Source: Arcobacteraceae bacterium (GTDB lineage Bacteria; Campylobacterota; Campylobacteria; Campylobacterales; Arcobacteraceae). From it: DNA of 64,000 bases. The stretch is from positions 1,868,838 through 1,932,837 of the forward strand of contig OY782822.1 in NCBI GenBank assembly GCA_963678335.1. The letters are read 5' to 3'. The translations under genes were made by a program, and so were the position numbers. Below the pieces are notes generated by a model. The model did not search any database and was not told where the DNA came from. It saw only the letters and a program-made list of their open reading frames with translations. Below, one piece after another: positions 10,085 to 19,146 of this stretch; positions within the stretch are counted from its first letter, which is position 1, and each line of letters opens with the position of its first letter.

Positions 10085-11341
10085 ATGCCCTGCTTCCATG
10101 ATGAAACAAAACACTCTTATCTAAGTATCAGAAAGAATGCCTTCTTTCTTGACTGGCAGACCCAGCCCAAAAGCACAAAACATTATCCCCACTTTTACAA
10201 CAGGTTTAAGATATCCGATTATGAAGAGTTAAAGGATTTGAACCTTATAGGGGGTATAACTTTTGAGAAAGAATACCCAACGGGAAAATATTACCTTCGA
10301 ACGGTTCCCAGTGCCGGAGCGCTTTACCCTTGCGAGATATACCTGCAGATAAAAGGGGTCAAGGGGCTTATAAGCGGTATATACCATTACGAACCTTACA
10401 GTGCTTCGTTGTGCCTGCTTCAAGAGTGTGAAAGTGACGGGGTTGAGCATTACTTCAAAGACAAAAGTTCCCAAAAAGGGATAGTGTTCCTTGTTTCAGG
10501 CGTTTATTTCAGAAGCAGTTGGAAATACAGGGATAGAAGCATAAGGTATATATTTCTTGACAGCGGCCACCAGTTAGGCTCGATATACGGGGCAATGTGC
10601 GTTATGGGAAGGGATTCCGATATAAGATTTGATTTTGATAAATTAGCCTTAAACGAGATGTTCGGCTTTAGAAACGACGAGATGTTCACGGCTGCTTTAT
10701 TTAGCATCCAAGACGGGGTAAAAGAGACCAAACCTTTAAAACAGAAGATGCCATATGTCTGCGGGAGCGATTATCTTGAAACCAACAGTTTTATAGAGAA
10801 TGCCTACAAGCAAAGCGCCCATTTTGAAGACGACGATATAAATGAACTGCCTTTTTTTAAAGATATCCCCAAAGAGCAGTTAAAAGCAGCTATATTAAAC
10901 AGGCGTTCGATCAGGGCTTTTTACCAGAAAAGTATAGAAAAAAAGCAGTTTGATTTTATAGTAAAAGATATTTTTAAATTTGCCCAAAAACATAATATAG
11001 ATATCTTCTATACCATCCATAGGGTTGAGGGACTGACAAAGGGACTTTATAAGAACGGTGAATTGATAAGCGAGGGTGATTTCAGCGAAAAGTCAAGATA
11101 TCTGGCCCTGGAGCAGAACCTGGGCGGCCACAGTGCGGGAACCTTTTATTTTACATCACCTGAAATAGAGAAATACCAAAAAGTGAATATCCTAAGCGGC
11201 TTTATGGCTCAGGTCATATACCTGAAATCGGAAATACAAGAGATAGGCTGCAGCGGTATAGGGGCTTATTATGACGATGAAGCGAAAGAGTTTCTGGGGA
11301 CAAAGAATAATATATTATATTTACTTGCAATAGGAAAATAA
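10085..11341 (+). CDS. SagB/ThcOx-family (nitroreductase-fold) dehydrogenase
   Basis: 418 aa. YYLRTVPSAGALYPCEIYL is typical of the SagB-type dehydrogenase domain. A second nitroreductase-like half carries ILNRRSIRAF. Confidence 0.65.
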   Translation: MPCFHDETKHSYLSIRKNAFFLDWQTQPKSTKHYPHFYNRFKISDYEELKDLNLIGGITFEKEYPTGKYYLRTVPSAGALYPCEIYLQIKGVKGLISGIYHYEPYSASLCLLQECESDGVEHYFKDKSSQKGIVFLVSGVYFRSSWKYRDRSIRYIFLDSGHQLGSIYGAMCVMGRDSDIRFDFDKLALNEMFGFRNDEMFTAALFSIQDGVKETKPLKQKMPYVCGSDYLETNSFIENAYKQSAHFEDDDINELPFFKDIPKEQLKAAILNRRSIRAFYQKSIEKKQFDFIVKDIFKFAQKHNIDIFYTIHRVEGLTKGLYKNGELISEGDFSEKSRYLALEQNLGGHSAGTFYFTSPEIEKYQKVNILSGFMAQVIYLKSEIQEIGCSGIGAYYDDEAKEFLGTKNNILYLLAIGK

Positions 11342-11549
11342 ATATAATGCAAAAGCGTTAAAAGCTTTGTTGGGATAATAGCCAAGTGCAGGACTAAAAA
11401 GATTTCTGCACCCTGACAGGAGCCATATTCTCTACAGATCAAGTTCAAGTCCGTAACAAAAGAACTTTACCTTACTTAAGAAAAAATTTAGCGTAAAAAT
11501 CTGATTTTTAGTTTATAATTTTACCTTTAAATTAAATTTGGAGTTAAAT

Positions 11550-12581
11550 ATGCATATAGGTTTTATTATTGCCGATTGGAAACAGATCGAACCCTTAAAA
11601 AGTTCTACCCTTACTATTATAAAAGAGTGTATCAAAAGGGGTCATTGCGTTTCAATTATGTATACTAACAATCTTACTGTAAGAAACAATATTGTTCACG
11701 GATTTATTGAAACTATCAATAAAATGGACAAAATACCAGAAAATATAAGCAGTTTTTACAAAAAAGTATCATTTTCAAAAAAGTTCGTGGCCCTGCACGC
11801 TTTTGATTGTTTGATGATAAGAAAAGATCCCCCTATCAATCCTTTGGTATTGAACTTTTTAGATGCCATAAAAGATGAAGTGGTGATCATAAACGACGTG
11901 GACGGGATAAGAAAAGCAAATAACAAACTTTATACCACGACTTTCCATGATCCCAATAACCATTATCTTCCTATTACCCATGTTTCGGGAAGCAAAAAGT
12001 TCATCAATAAAACCATAGATGAATCAAATGCCGAAAAGATGATATTAAAGCCCCTTGACGGAAGCGGAGGAAAAGGTGTAATTGTCCTTGAAAAAAATGC
12101 AAGGGAAAATATCAATTCCCTTCTTGACTTTTATATAGACGACAACGGTGACAATTATGTTATTTTACAGGAGTTTATAGAAGGTGCCGATGAGGGTGAC
12201 GTAAGGGTACTTATGCTTAACGGAAAAGCAATAGGCGCATACAACAGAAGACCGGCAGAGGGCGAGATAAGGGCAAATATCCAGCAAGGGGGTACTGCTC
12301 ACAGATACAGCTTAAGCGACAGCCAGAAAAAGATATGTAAAAAAATAGGCGCCCAGCTTGTACGTGACGGATTGTATTTTGTGGGTATTGATATGATAGG
12401 TGACAAGATACTTGAGGTAAATGTGCTGAACCCGGGCGGTATTACAAATATAAACAGGCTTGAAAAACTCAAGCTTCACAGAAACGTAGTAGACTTTATT
12501 GAAGAGAAAGTTGAAGAGAAGATAGAAAAAAGGGTTGAACTGGAGTATCTGTTAAAAAGGCTTAACGAGTTAAGGGAATAA
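11550..12581 (+). CDS. ATP-grasp ligase, glutathione synthetase (GshB)/RimK-like
   Basis: Motifs ILKPLDGSGGKGV, ILQEFIEGADEGDVRVLMLNGK, IRANIQQGG and VGIDMIGDKILEVNVLNPGG. The ORF track starts at TTG 11538. The ATG at 11550 sits 6 nt after a GGAG and is my preferred start. Confidence 0.75.
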   Translation: MHIGFIIADWKQIEPLKSSTLTIIKECIKRGHCVSIMYTNNLTVRNNIVHGFIETINKMDKIPENISSFYKKVSFSKKFVALHAFDCLMIRKDPPINPLVLNFLDAIKDEVVIINDVDGIRKANNKLYTTTFHDPNNHYLPITHVSGSKKFINKTIDESNAEKMILKPLDGSGGKGVIVLEKNARENINSLLDFYIDDNGDNYVILQEFIEGADEGDVRVLMLNGKAIGAYNRRPAEGEIRANIQQGGTAHRYSLSDSQKKICKKIGAQLVRDGLYFVGIDMIGDKILEVNVLNPGGITNINRLEKLKLHRNVVDFIEEKVEEKIEKRVELEYLLKRLNELRE

Positions 12582-12624
12582 AACTTGCAAGGGTAATTGT
12601 AAATTTATAATTAAGGAATTTACA

Positions 12625-13188
12625 ATGGCATCAGTTATTGAATATATAAAAGAAAACGAACTGGCTTGGCAGCCTTCTTTCAACGGTGAATTAAGCGACG
12701 GTTTACACGGGTACAGAGGTGCTTTAATTGTTGAAGAGGGAAAAGCATTAAGCCCTGATAGAAAACTTCCTCCGAAGATCCAGGCAAGACAGGTTATCAT
12801 GATAAGCGACAGTGAAGTTATCAAATTCTTTGCCTGCGAGTTAGAAAGCTTTAACGATTTTGCACCGATGTTCGAAAAATACAAAGATTACTTCAGTTTA
12901 AACGGTTTAAATCTTCTTTATGTTACTGACCTTGAAGGTAACGGTACATTTGAATATGAAGGTGTTAAATTCACTGCATTTATCCTTGACGAAAGTTCGG
13001 TTTGGAACGAGCTTTTAGAATTAGCGAGCCTTGAAAAAGGTGATATGAAAAAATTAAGCTCTGAAGAGAAAATAGAAGCATTATATGAGGAACTTTTAGA
13101 AACTGATGTTGAAGAAGCATCAAAAACATATGAAGATATGTGTGACCTTATCGGTGAAAGTTCAAAACAGTTAATGGGTGCAGTTTAA
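12625..13188 (+). CDS. Hypothetical protein with an acidic C-terminal half
   Basis: 187-aa ORF, 43 nt after the ATP-grasp gene and followed by a strong terminator. I recognise no family. Confidence 0.6.
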   Translation: MASVIEYIKENELAWQPSFNGELSDGLHGYRGALIVEEGKALSPDRKLPPKIQARQVIMISDSEVIKFFACELESFNDFAPMFEKYKDYFSLNGLNLLYVTDLEGNGTFEYEGVKFTAFILDESSVWNELLELASLEKGDMKKLSSEEKIEALYEELLETDVEEASKTYEDMCDLIGESSKQLMGAV

Positions 13189-13199
13189 TTTCTTTTAAA

Positions 13200-13226
13200 T
13201 AAAAAGGCTTAAAAAGCCTTTTTATT
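13200..13226. terminator. Bidirectional rho-independent terminator between the convergent 187-aa ORF and metE
   Basis: aaaaAGGCTTaaaaAGCCTTttt: a 6-bp stem flanked by an A-run and a T-run. Confidence 0.75.
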
Positions 13227-15504
13227 ATTTTAGTTCCTCCCTTACGATCTTTACGGCTTCGACCATATTTTTTAAACTTGGTTTCACCTCTTCCCATTTT
13301 CTGGTTTTAAGACCGCAGTCAGGATTGATCCACAACTGCTCTTTTGGAAGTACTTCAAGCAGCAGCTTGATCTGGTCAACCATCTCTTGAACACTTGGAA
13401 CCCTTGGTGAGTGTATATCGTAAACTCCGGGTCCTACTTCCTGCTTGTACCCTACTTCTTTAAATATCTTTAATAGCTCGTTACCGCTTCTTGCAGTCTC
13501 TATTGAGATCACGTCCGCATCCATAGCTTCGATTGTTTTAATGATATCATTAAATTCGCTGTAACACATGTGGGTATGTATCTGGGTCTCTTTTCTTGCG
13601 GTGCTTACGCAGATCTTAAAGTCTCTTACCGCCCAGTCTTCATAAATTTTTATTTTCGATTCCCTTAGCGGATACCCCTCTTTAAAGGCAGCCTCGTCAA
13701 CCTGGATGATCTTGATACCTGCATTTTGAAGATCGTCGATCTCGTCACTTAAAGCAACTGCGATCTGTTTTGATACTTCACTTCTTGGTTTGTCGTCCCT
13801 TACGAATGACCAGTTAAGAATAGTAACAGGACCCGTTAACATCCCTTTCATTATTTTTTGGGTTTTGCTTTGTGCATAAGTGATCCAGTCTACTGTCATA
13901 GGTTTCGGTCTGCTGATGTCACCATAGATAAAAGGAGGCTTAACGCATCTGCTTCCGTAGCTCTGCACCCATCCGTTCTGGGAGAAGCCGTACCCTTTTA
14001 ACTGTTCGCCGAAGTATTCAACCATATCGTTTCTCTCAGGTTCTCCGTGTACCAGCACTTCAAGACCGCACTCTTCCTGGAACTCTATACAATGATCGAT
14101 ATAGCTTTTCATATCTTTTTCGTAAGCCTCTTTTGAGATCTGCCCTTTTTTAAATTCCTGTCTTGATTTTCGCACTTCAGGAGTCTGGGGGAACGATCCT
14201 ATCGTAGTGGTCGCCAGATCTTCATATTTTAAAAGTTCTCTTTGTATAGCGATTCTTTCCTCAAATTTACCTTCACGCTCAAATTTGGTGAAATCTTCAA
14301 CCCTTGATTGAACCTCTTTATCATGGATGATAGAAGATGTGGATCTGCTGATGTTTGCTTTTATATTCTCTTTAAAAGCGTTTTTATCTTTATCATTCAG
14401 GTTTTCAAGTCCTTTAAAGAATATTTTTGAGATCAGAGATACCTCGTCAAGCTTTTCAACCGCGTAGCTCAGCCAGTTTTTTATTTCATCGTCCATTTTC
14501 TCTTCATATTTTAAGGTAAACGGAGTATGAAGCAGCGAACAAGATGAACCTATGATGATATTCTCTTTTGATACAACAGAAGATATCTCTTCCAGCAGTT
14601 CAAGGGTTGATTGTATATCATTTTTCCAGATATTCCTTCCGTCAACCACACCTGCAAGCAGTTTTTTCCCGCTTGAAGCGATAAATTCAAGAGAGTCTTT
14701 ATTTTGGCTTCCATGTAAAAAGTCAAGTCCCAAAGCGTAAACCGGCGTATTTACCAATATTTTTGTAGCTTCGTTGGAGTGTTCGAAATATGTGCTTACT
14801 ATGATATCGATATTTTGGGCTTTATTTGCCAGGGCATCGTATGTAGGTTTTATAAGGCTTAATACTTTTGGTTCATTGTCTTTTACGAATATAGGCTCGT
14901 CGATCTGGACAGTTACCTTGTCGTCAAGCTTTGATATTTCTCCAAACAGTTCTTCGTAAACTTTCTGGATCTTTGCGTGAAGCTCATAAACATCTTTGTT
15001 GTCTACCCTTTTAGATAGTCCAAGGAATGTTATAGGTCCTATAAGGTTTATCTTTGTTTTAAATCCTGCTTCTTTTGCCTCATTGTATTCGTTTATTATT
15101 TTTGAGGCATTCAGTTTATACTCATCTTCAAGGCTTAATTCGGGAACTATGTAGTGGTAGTTTGTATTAAACCACTTTGTCATCTCCATTGCTACCGCGT
15201 CTTTGTTACCCCTTGCCATTGAGAAGTACAGCTCTTCATCTGTTAAGCCCTTGAATCTTTTAGGCACGGCATTTAACATAACGGCAGTATCAAGCATATT
15301 ATCATAAAGTGAGAAATCGTTTGAACTTATGTAATCGATACCTGCATCTTTCTGGTAGTCCCAGTGTCTTTTTTTTAGCTCAGATGCAACTTTTTTTACC
15401 TCTTCAAACGGGCAGTTCTTTGCCCAGAAGCTTTCCAATACTTTTTTTAACTCTCTTTGCTCCCCGATTCTTGGGAATCCTGTAATATAGTTTTTTTTAG
15501 ACAT
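13225..15504 (-). CDS. metE: Cobalamin-independent methionine synthase (5-methyltetrahydropteroyltriglutamate-homocysteine methyltransferase)
   Basis: 759 aa. The N-terminus GFPRIGEQRELKK, GSFPQT, the C-terminal HMCYSEFNDI and PDCGLKTR are all classic MetE. Confidence 0.95.
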   Translation of the reverse strand: MSKKNYITGFPRIGEQRELKKVLESFWAKNCPFEEVKKVASELKKRHWDYQKDAGIDYISSNDFSLYDNMLDTAVMLNAVPKRFKGLTDEELYFSMARGNKDAVAMEMTKWFNTNYHYIVPELSLEDEYKLNASKIINEYNEAKEAGFKTKINLIGPITFLGLSKRVDNKDVYELHAKIQKVYEELFGEISKLDDKVTVQIDEPIFVKDNEPKVLSLIKPTYDALANKAQNIDIIVSTYFEHSNEATKILVNTPVYALGLDFLHGSQNKDSLEFIASSGKKLLAGVVDGRNIWKNDIQSTLELLEEISSVVSKENIIIGSSCSLLHTPFTLKYEEKMDDEIKNWLSYAVEKLDEVSLISKIFFKGLENLNDKDKNAFKENIKANISRSTSSIIHDKEVQSRVEDFTKFEREGKFEERIAIQRELLKYEDLATTTIGSFPQTPEVRKSRQEFKKGQISKEAYEKDMKSYIDHCIEFQEECGLEVLVHGEPERNDMVEYFGEQLKGYGFSQNGWVQSYGSRCVKPPFIYGDISRPKPMTVDWITYAQSKTQKIMKGMLTGPVTILNWSFVRDDKPRSEVSKQIAVALSDEIDDLQNAGIKIIQVDEAAFKEGYPLRESKIKIYEDWAVRDFKICVSTARKETQIHTHMCYSEFNDIIKTIEAMDADVISIETARSGNELLKIFKEVGYKQEVGPGVYDIHSPRVPSVQEMVDQIKLLLEVLPKEQLWINPDCGLKTRKWEEVKPSLKNMVEAVKIVREELK

Positions 15505-16067
15505 TATTTTATTTCCTTTAAAATATCCCTTTTCAAGGGATCATATATATGCCTGCTTTTTTATTATTTCTGTGAAATATATAAAATATATAATTTATAA
15601 AAAGCAGCAAAATCCTAAATAGGACGACTAATGGTTTCTTGGTTTTATATGTTGTGGTTTTGTTTTAAAGGTTATATAATGGGGGATGAACGCCCGTTCT
15701 TCTAAATGCGAAGTATGTAGTATAATAAGGGCATCTTGGGATATAATGAAATATATGTATCGCCAGTTTTGTTTTCAGTTTAAAAAGGCAGTTACAATAG
15801 CAGGAAGATTTTGTTTGGAATCTTGTAGCTGTTGCCTGAAGGAGAATATCCGGGGGCAGTTCCTGCTCCTCTTCTTTTTCGTCATCGCCGTATTTCATTG
15901 TTTTTTCACCCAATGAAAGGACTCTTGATACCTGCGATTCAATAGACAGCATGGTGCTGTGGGCAAGTATAGAAGCAAAAGTAAAGTATTTTTTTCCGAA
16001 ACCTTTTGGCGACTTCAAAGTTATCCTTCTGAATTTTTCGTAATAATATCTAATTTATTCTTAAAAA
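15505..16067 (-). promoter_or_regulatory. Long structured metE leader/intergenic region. It may be a riboswitch-type element, with only weak cobalamin-riboswitch resemblance.
   Basis: 563 nt with no convincing ORF. On the minus strand I see:
- hairpin ACAGCAccaTGCTGT
- 8-bp hairpin TTTCATTG-GGTGAAAAAA-CAATGAAA
- AGGAGCAGGAACTGCC, which loosely resembles a B12 box
- an imperfect roughly 15-bp hairpin followed by TTTTT (about 15779..15835)
- hairpin ATCCCTT-GAA-AAGGGAT at 15525..15541, just before the SD. Confidence 0.35.
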
Positions 16068-16418
16068 TTAAGACTGGTTATCCCATACCATCTGCTTAAA
16101 ATCTTTCATTACGGATTTTTCCATGTTTTTCATCATTGCAACCCTTAATGCATGGATAGCTTCTTTGTAGTCGTTTTTTGGGATTATCGGATCATCGCTT
16201 CTGGATTGTTCTATGATCTGGTGTACTTTTTTGTCAAAAGGGTTCGGGTTTTTATCGTTTATCCCGTCGTAAACGGACATAAACAGATTATAGTTGTCAT
16301 AATCCATTTTACAGTGCCCGTCAAGGATCTTTAATGCCAGTATGGTACAGTAATGGAGATCGACCTCGTCAAAGGTATTGGTCTTTGCCCATTCATATAC
16401 TGTAGACATATCATCCAT
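16068..16418 (-). CDS. Hypothetical protein
   Basis: The ORF track starts at 16481, which is 70 nt inside clpX. The internal start MDDMSTVYEW at 16418 is preceded by AAGGA and overlaps the clpX stop by 8 nt, so I prefer it. No family recognised. Confidence 0.5.
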   Translation of the reverse strand: MDDMSTVYEWAKTNTFDEVDLHYCTILALKILDGHCKMDYDNYNLFMSVYDGINDKNPNPFDKKVHQIIEQSRSDDPIIPKNDYKEAIHALRVAMMKNMEKSVMKDFKQMVWDNQS

Positions 16419-17646
16419 TTTCTTTTTCCTTTTTGCTCTTTTTATCCTCTTTAAGATATTGAAGTTCAACTTCCCCTTCACCTTTGATAAACTCTTTGGT
16501 TATGGTACAGCGCTCAACGTCGTTTTGTGCAGGAAGTTCGTATTGAAGCGGCAGCATGATCTTTTCTATGATACCTCTAAGTCCCCTTGCCCCGACGCCT
16601 TTTTCTTCAGCCATTTGGGCTATCTCTTCAAGGGCCTCTTCACTGAATTCCAGTTCTATGCCGTCAAGTTCGAACAGCGCCTGGTATTGTTTGATAATAG
16701 CATTTTTAGGCTCTTTTAAAACTCTTATAAGGTCTTCCAGCGATAAGGGATTAAGGGTGGCTATTACAGGAATCCTTCCTATAAACTCGGGGATAAGACC
16801 GAAGGAGATAAGGTCTTTTGACTCTATATCATCTTCCTTCTCTTTTACAGTCTCGTCTTTCATAAAGCCCATGACCTTCTTCTTGTGCTTTTTCTTCTGC
16901 TCTTCATCCCCTACAAGCCCTACGAATGCTCCCCCGCAGATAAACAATACATGGGTAGTGTCAAAAAGCACGGTTTCGGCAGATGAGCTTTTTCTGCTAC
17001 CTTTAACGGGAACATAAATCTCTCCCCCTTCCAGTATCTTTAGCAGTCCCTGCTGAACACCCTCGCCGCTTACGTCTCTACCGCTTGTGGCACTTTCGCT
17101 TTTATTTGCTATCTTGTCTATCTCATCGATGTAGATGATACCTTTTTGCGCTCTTTCTATATCAAAATCAGCCGCTGCAAGGAGTCTTGAAAGTATCGAT
17201 TCGACATCTTCCCCTACATATCCGGCTTCGGTCAATGCCGTCGCATCGGCAACTGCAAAAGGAACATCCATGATCTTTGCCAAAGATTTTGCGAGAAGTG
17301 TTTTACCGCTTCCAGTGGGACCTATCAGCATAATGTTTGATTTTTCTATTTCCACGTTTTTAAATACGGGTTTGTCTATTCTTTTATAGTGGGAATACAG
17401 CGCAACCGACAATACCTTTTTAGCTTCCTGCTGACCTATTACGTAGCTGTCAAGGTGCTCTTTTATCTTTGTTGGTACAGATAATCCTTTTTGGAACTCC
17501 TGCTTGGCTTTTTTCATTTCTGCTTTGTGCATAACCATTGAACAGGTCTCTACACATTCGTTACAGATGTGTGCATTTTCCGCACTGAATATCTTCTCTA
17601 CCTCTTTTACGCTTTTACCACAAAAGTCACAAATCAAATCTGCCAT
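16411..17646 (-). CDS. clpX: ATP-dependent Clp protease ATP-binding subunit ClpX
   Basis: 411 aa. N-terminal Zn-binding domain CDFCGK...ICNECVETC, Walker A LIGPTGSGKTLLA, IIYIDEIDKI and FIGRIPV. Confidence 0.95.
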   Translation of the reverse strand: MADLICDFCGKSVKEVEKIFSAENAHICNECVETCSMVMHKAEMKKAKQEFQKGLSVPTKIKEHLDSYVIGQQEAKKVLSVALYSHYKRIDKPVFKNVEIEKSNIMLIGPTGSGKTLLAKSLAKIMDVPFAVADATALTEAGYVGEDVESILSRLLAAADFDIERAQKGIIYIDEIDKIANKSESATSGRDVSGEGVQQGLLKILEGGEIYVPVKGSRKSSSAETVLFDTTHVLFICGGAFVGLVGDEEQKKKHKKKVMGFMKDETVKEKEDDIESKDLISFGLIPEFIGRIPVIATLNPLSLEDLIRVLKEPKNAIIKQYQALFELDGIELEFSEEALEEIAQMAEEKGVGARGLRGIIEKIMLPLQYELPAQNDVERCTITKEFIKGEGEVELQYLKEDKKSKKEKENG

Positions 17647-18467
17647 TATAAATCCTTTAAGAACTCGTCACAATCTTTTTGTTCAAGCTGAAGATTATGT
17701 GTTGTTATGAACTTGTTCTCTTTTTTTGAAAGTTCCTCTTTATCCATAACCACAAGACCCGTATCAAGCCCGATGGTAAGCTCGTTTGCCACCATTCTGT
17801 ACGTGTCACGGCTGAAATCAACCCCTAGGAAAAGGTATGATCTGCCTTTTCTGTATTCTTTTAGAAGATTAGGCATCGCATAACCACCCATAGCCTCTGT
17901 CAGCCAGTCCACAAAGTCCGCGTCGCTTATGATAAAGTTCATTGCAGGCTTCATACACCCCATAGGCTTGAATAGTATGGGAAGATCCGTAGTCAGCTGT
18001 TCTTTGTCCGTTTCTTTGTACTCTTTGGTTTGGGGATCATATTTATAAATTATATATCTGTCGTAATCGGCTGTTATCCTTGATATCCCCGTGATCATAA
18101 AGTGTTCTACATCTTCATATATTTTGCATCCGCTGTCGTCAAGGTTTGTATCTATTATGAACTTGGGTTTGATATCTTTGAAAAATTCGTAAGTGTAAGG
18201 GATATCATATTCTTTTGAAGCATAGATATGGTTTGTCATCTGGGTGATGAACTCCCTTCCCTTCCTTTGTTCAAGGCTCATTGCAGCCCTTGTGTATTCA
18301 TACATGAGTCTCGGGCTCATCGCTCTTCCGTTGTTCAGAGCAAGTACCATGCTGTCGCTGTCAAAAGGGAGAGTTGATCCGTCTTTTGCCTTTGTGTTTT
18401 TAAATACACCCATTCCTATAAATGGTATGATCTCGCCGCTTATGAGTTTTTCTTTTATATTTTCCAT
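17646..18467 (-). CDS. SIR2_2-like (SIR2 superfamily) domain protein. It may be catalytically divergent.
   Basis: 273 aa. The pattern IIPFIGMGV ... FIIDTNLDDS ... FKPMGC ... FIISDADFVDWL ... YLFLGVDFSRDTY parallels my recollection of the SIR2_2 layout (GAG, TTNYD, KLHG, flGyS..D). The His of KLHG appears to be replaced. It has a TAATG overlap with clpX. Confidence 0.45.
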   Translation of the reverse strand: MENIKEKLISGEIIPFIGMGVFKNTKAKDGSTLPFDSDSMVLALNNGRAMSPRLMYEYTRAAMSLEQRKGREFITQMTNHIYASKEYDIPYTYEFFKDIKPKFIIDTNLDDSGCKIYEDVEHFMITGISRITADYDRYIIYKYDPQTKEYKETDKEQLTTDLPILFKPMGCMKPAMNFIISDADFVDWLTEAMGGYAMPNLLKEYRKGRSYLFLGVDFSRDTYRMVANELTIGLDTGLVVMDKEELSKKENKFITTHNLQLEQKDCDEFLKDL

Positions 18468-18507
18468 AATTTATCCAGTACTTTTAAGTTTTTATACATA
18501 TATAGTA

Positions 18508-18523
18508 TGCATAAAGGGTTCCA
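18508..18523 (-). promoter_or_regulatory. Candidate sigma-54 (-24/-12) promoter upstream of the SIR2-like/clpX genes
   Basis: The minus strand reads TGGAAC-CCTTT-ATGCA, against the consensus TGGCAC-N5-TTGCA. The GG and GC are at the exact consensus spacing. The -12 GC lies about 40 nt upstream of the ATG at 18467. A sigma-54 activator gene lies directly upstream. Confidence 0.45.
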
Positions 18524-18606
18524 CGGTATTTAAGATTTTTTCTTTAAAGTTTTATTTTAAGATAAACTTTAAGATACCGCAGGGTAGTGTATTTTAATAA
18601 GCTTTT

Positions 18607-19146
18607 TCAGCCGTGACACCCTACTCCTGTATAGGTAACATAAGCCTTGTTAAGTTCCACCTGTAATCTTTCAAGATCAAGGGACTTGTCCAAATTGTTC
18701 GGCATATCCAGATAAAATACAGCACCGTCCTTTGAGATCAGGAAAAGTGACTTGGTAAGTTTCTCTTCGAGTATACCGCTTACGATCTTTGTCCCGTACA
18801 TATTTCCAAAATCCTCTTCCGTATCAAAAACGATTTCGAACTTTTTCATTTTCTTATCTAGTGCTTCTAGGGTCTCATTTTTTTCGTTGAATAAAAAATA
18901 ACAGTTTATAGGCACTTGTATATGGCTTAAAAACTCGTCTATTACAAGCAGTTCTTTTATAAAACCCTCATCCTCATTGGGATAGGAAACCAGAAGGGTC
19001 ATTGACCCGTCGCTGTGGCTTCTTTTTATCTCCTTTGTGTCCCCGTTCATATCCGTAACTTCAATGTTCTCGGCCATGTAGCCGATATCTATAAAGTCCT
19101 CGCAAAGAGCGCACGCTTGTTCTTTATATATTATATTAGATTCCAT
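18607..19146 (-). CDS. Thioredoxin-fold (Tpx/redoxin-like) protein lacking an obvious peroxidatic Cys motif
   Basis: 179 aa. SLFLISKDGAVFYLD and its overall spacing resemble Tpx-type redoxins. It ends in GVGCHG. It overlaps the upstream activator gene by 11 nt. Confidence 0.3.
   Translation of the reverse strand: MESNIIYKEQACALCEDFIDIGYMAENIEVTDMNGDTKEIKRSHSDGSMTLLVSYPNEDEGFIKELLVIDEFLSHIQVPINCYFLFNEKNETLEALDKKMKKFEIVFDTEEDFGNMYGTKIVSGILEEKLTKSLFLISKDGAVFYLDMPNNLDKSLDLERLQVELNKAYVTYTGVGCHG

Noticed and set aside
15665-16018. ORFs 15665..16018 (-) and 15686..15916 (+) in the metE upstream region, and the idea that the region encodes tmRNA or RNase P RNA
   Set aside because: The translations are Cys/Phe-rich with no RBS or recognisable family. 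I found no tmRNA tRNA-like ends (GGGG...TCCACCA), no tag ORF, and no RNase P GGAAAGTCC or ACAGAA cores. I treat the region as a structured leader instead.
16419-16481. The long N-terminal extension (MKGKLNFNILKRIKRAKRKKK) of the ORF after clpX
   Set aside because: It would overlap the clpX coding sequence by 70 nt. The internal Met at 16418 has an AAGGA upstream and gives the compact junction typical of this region.
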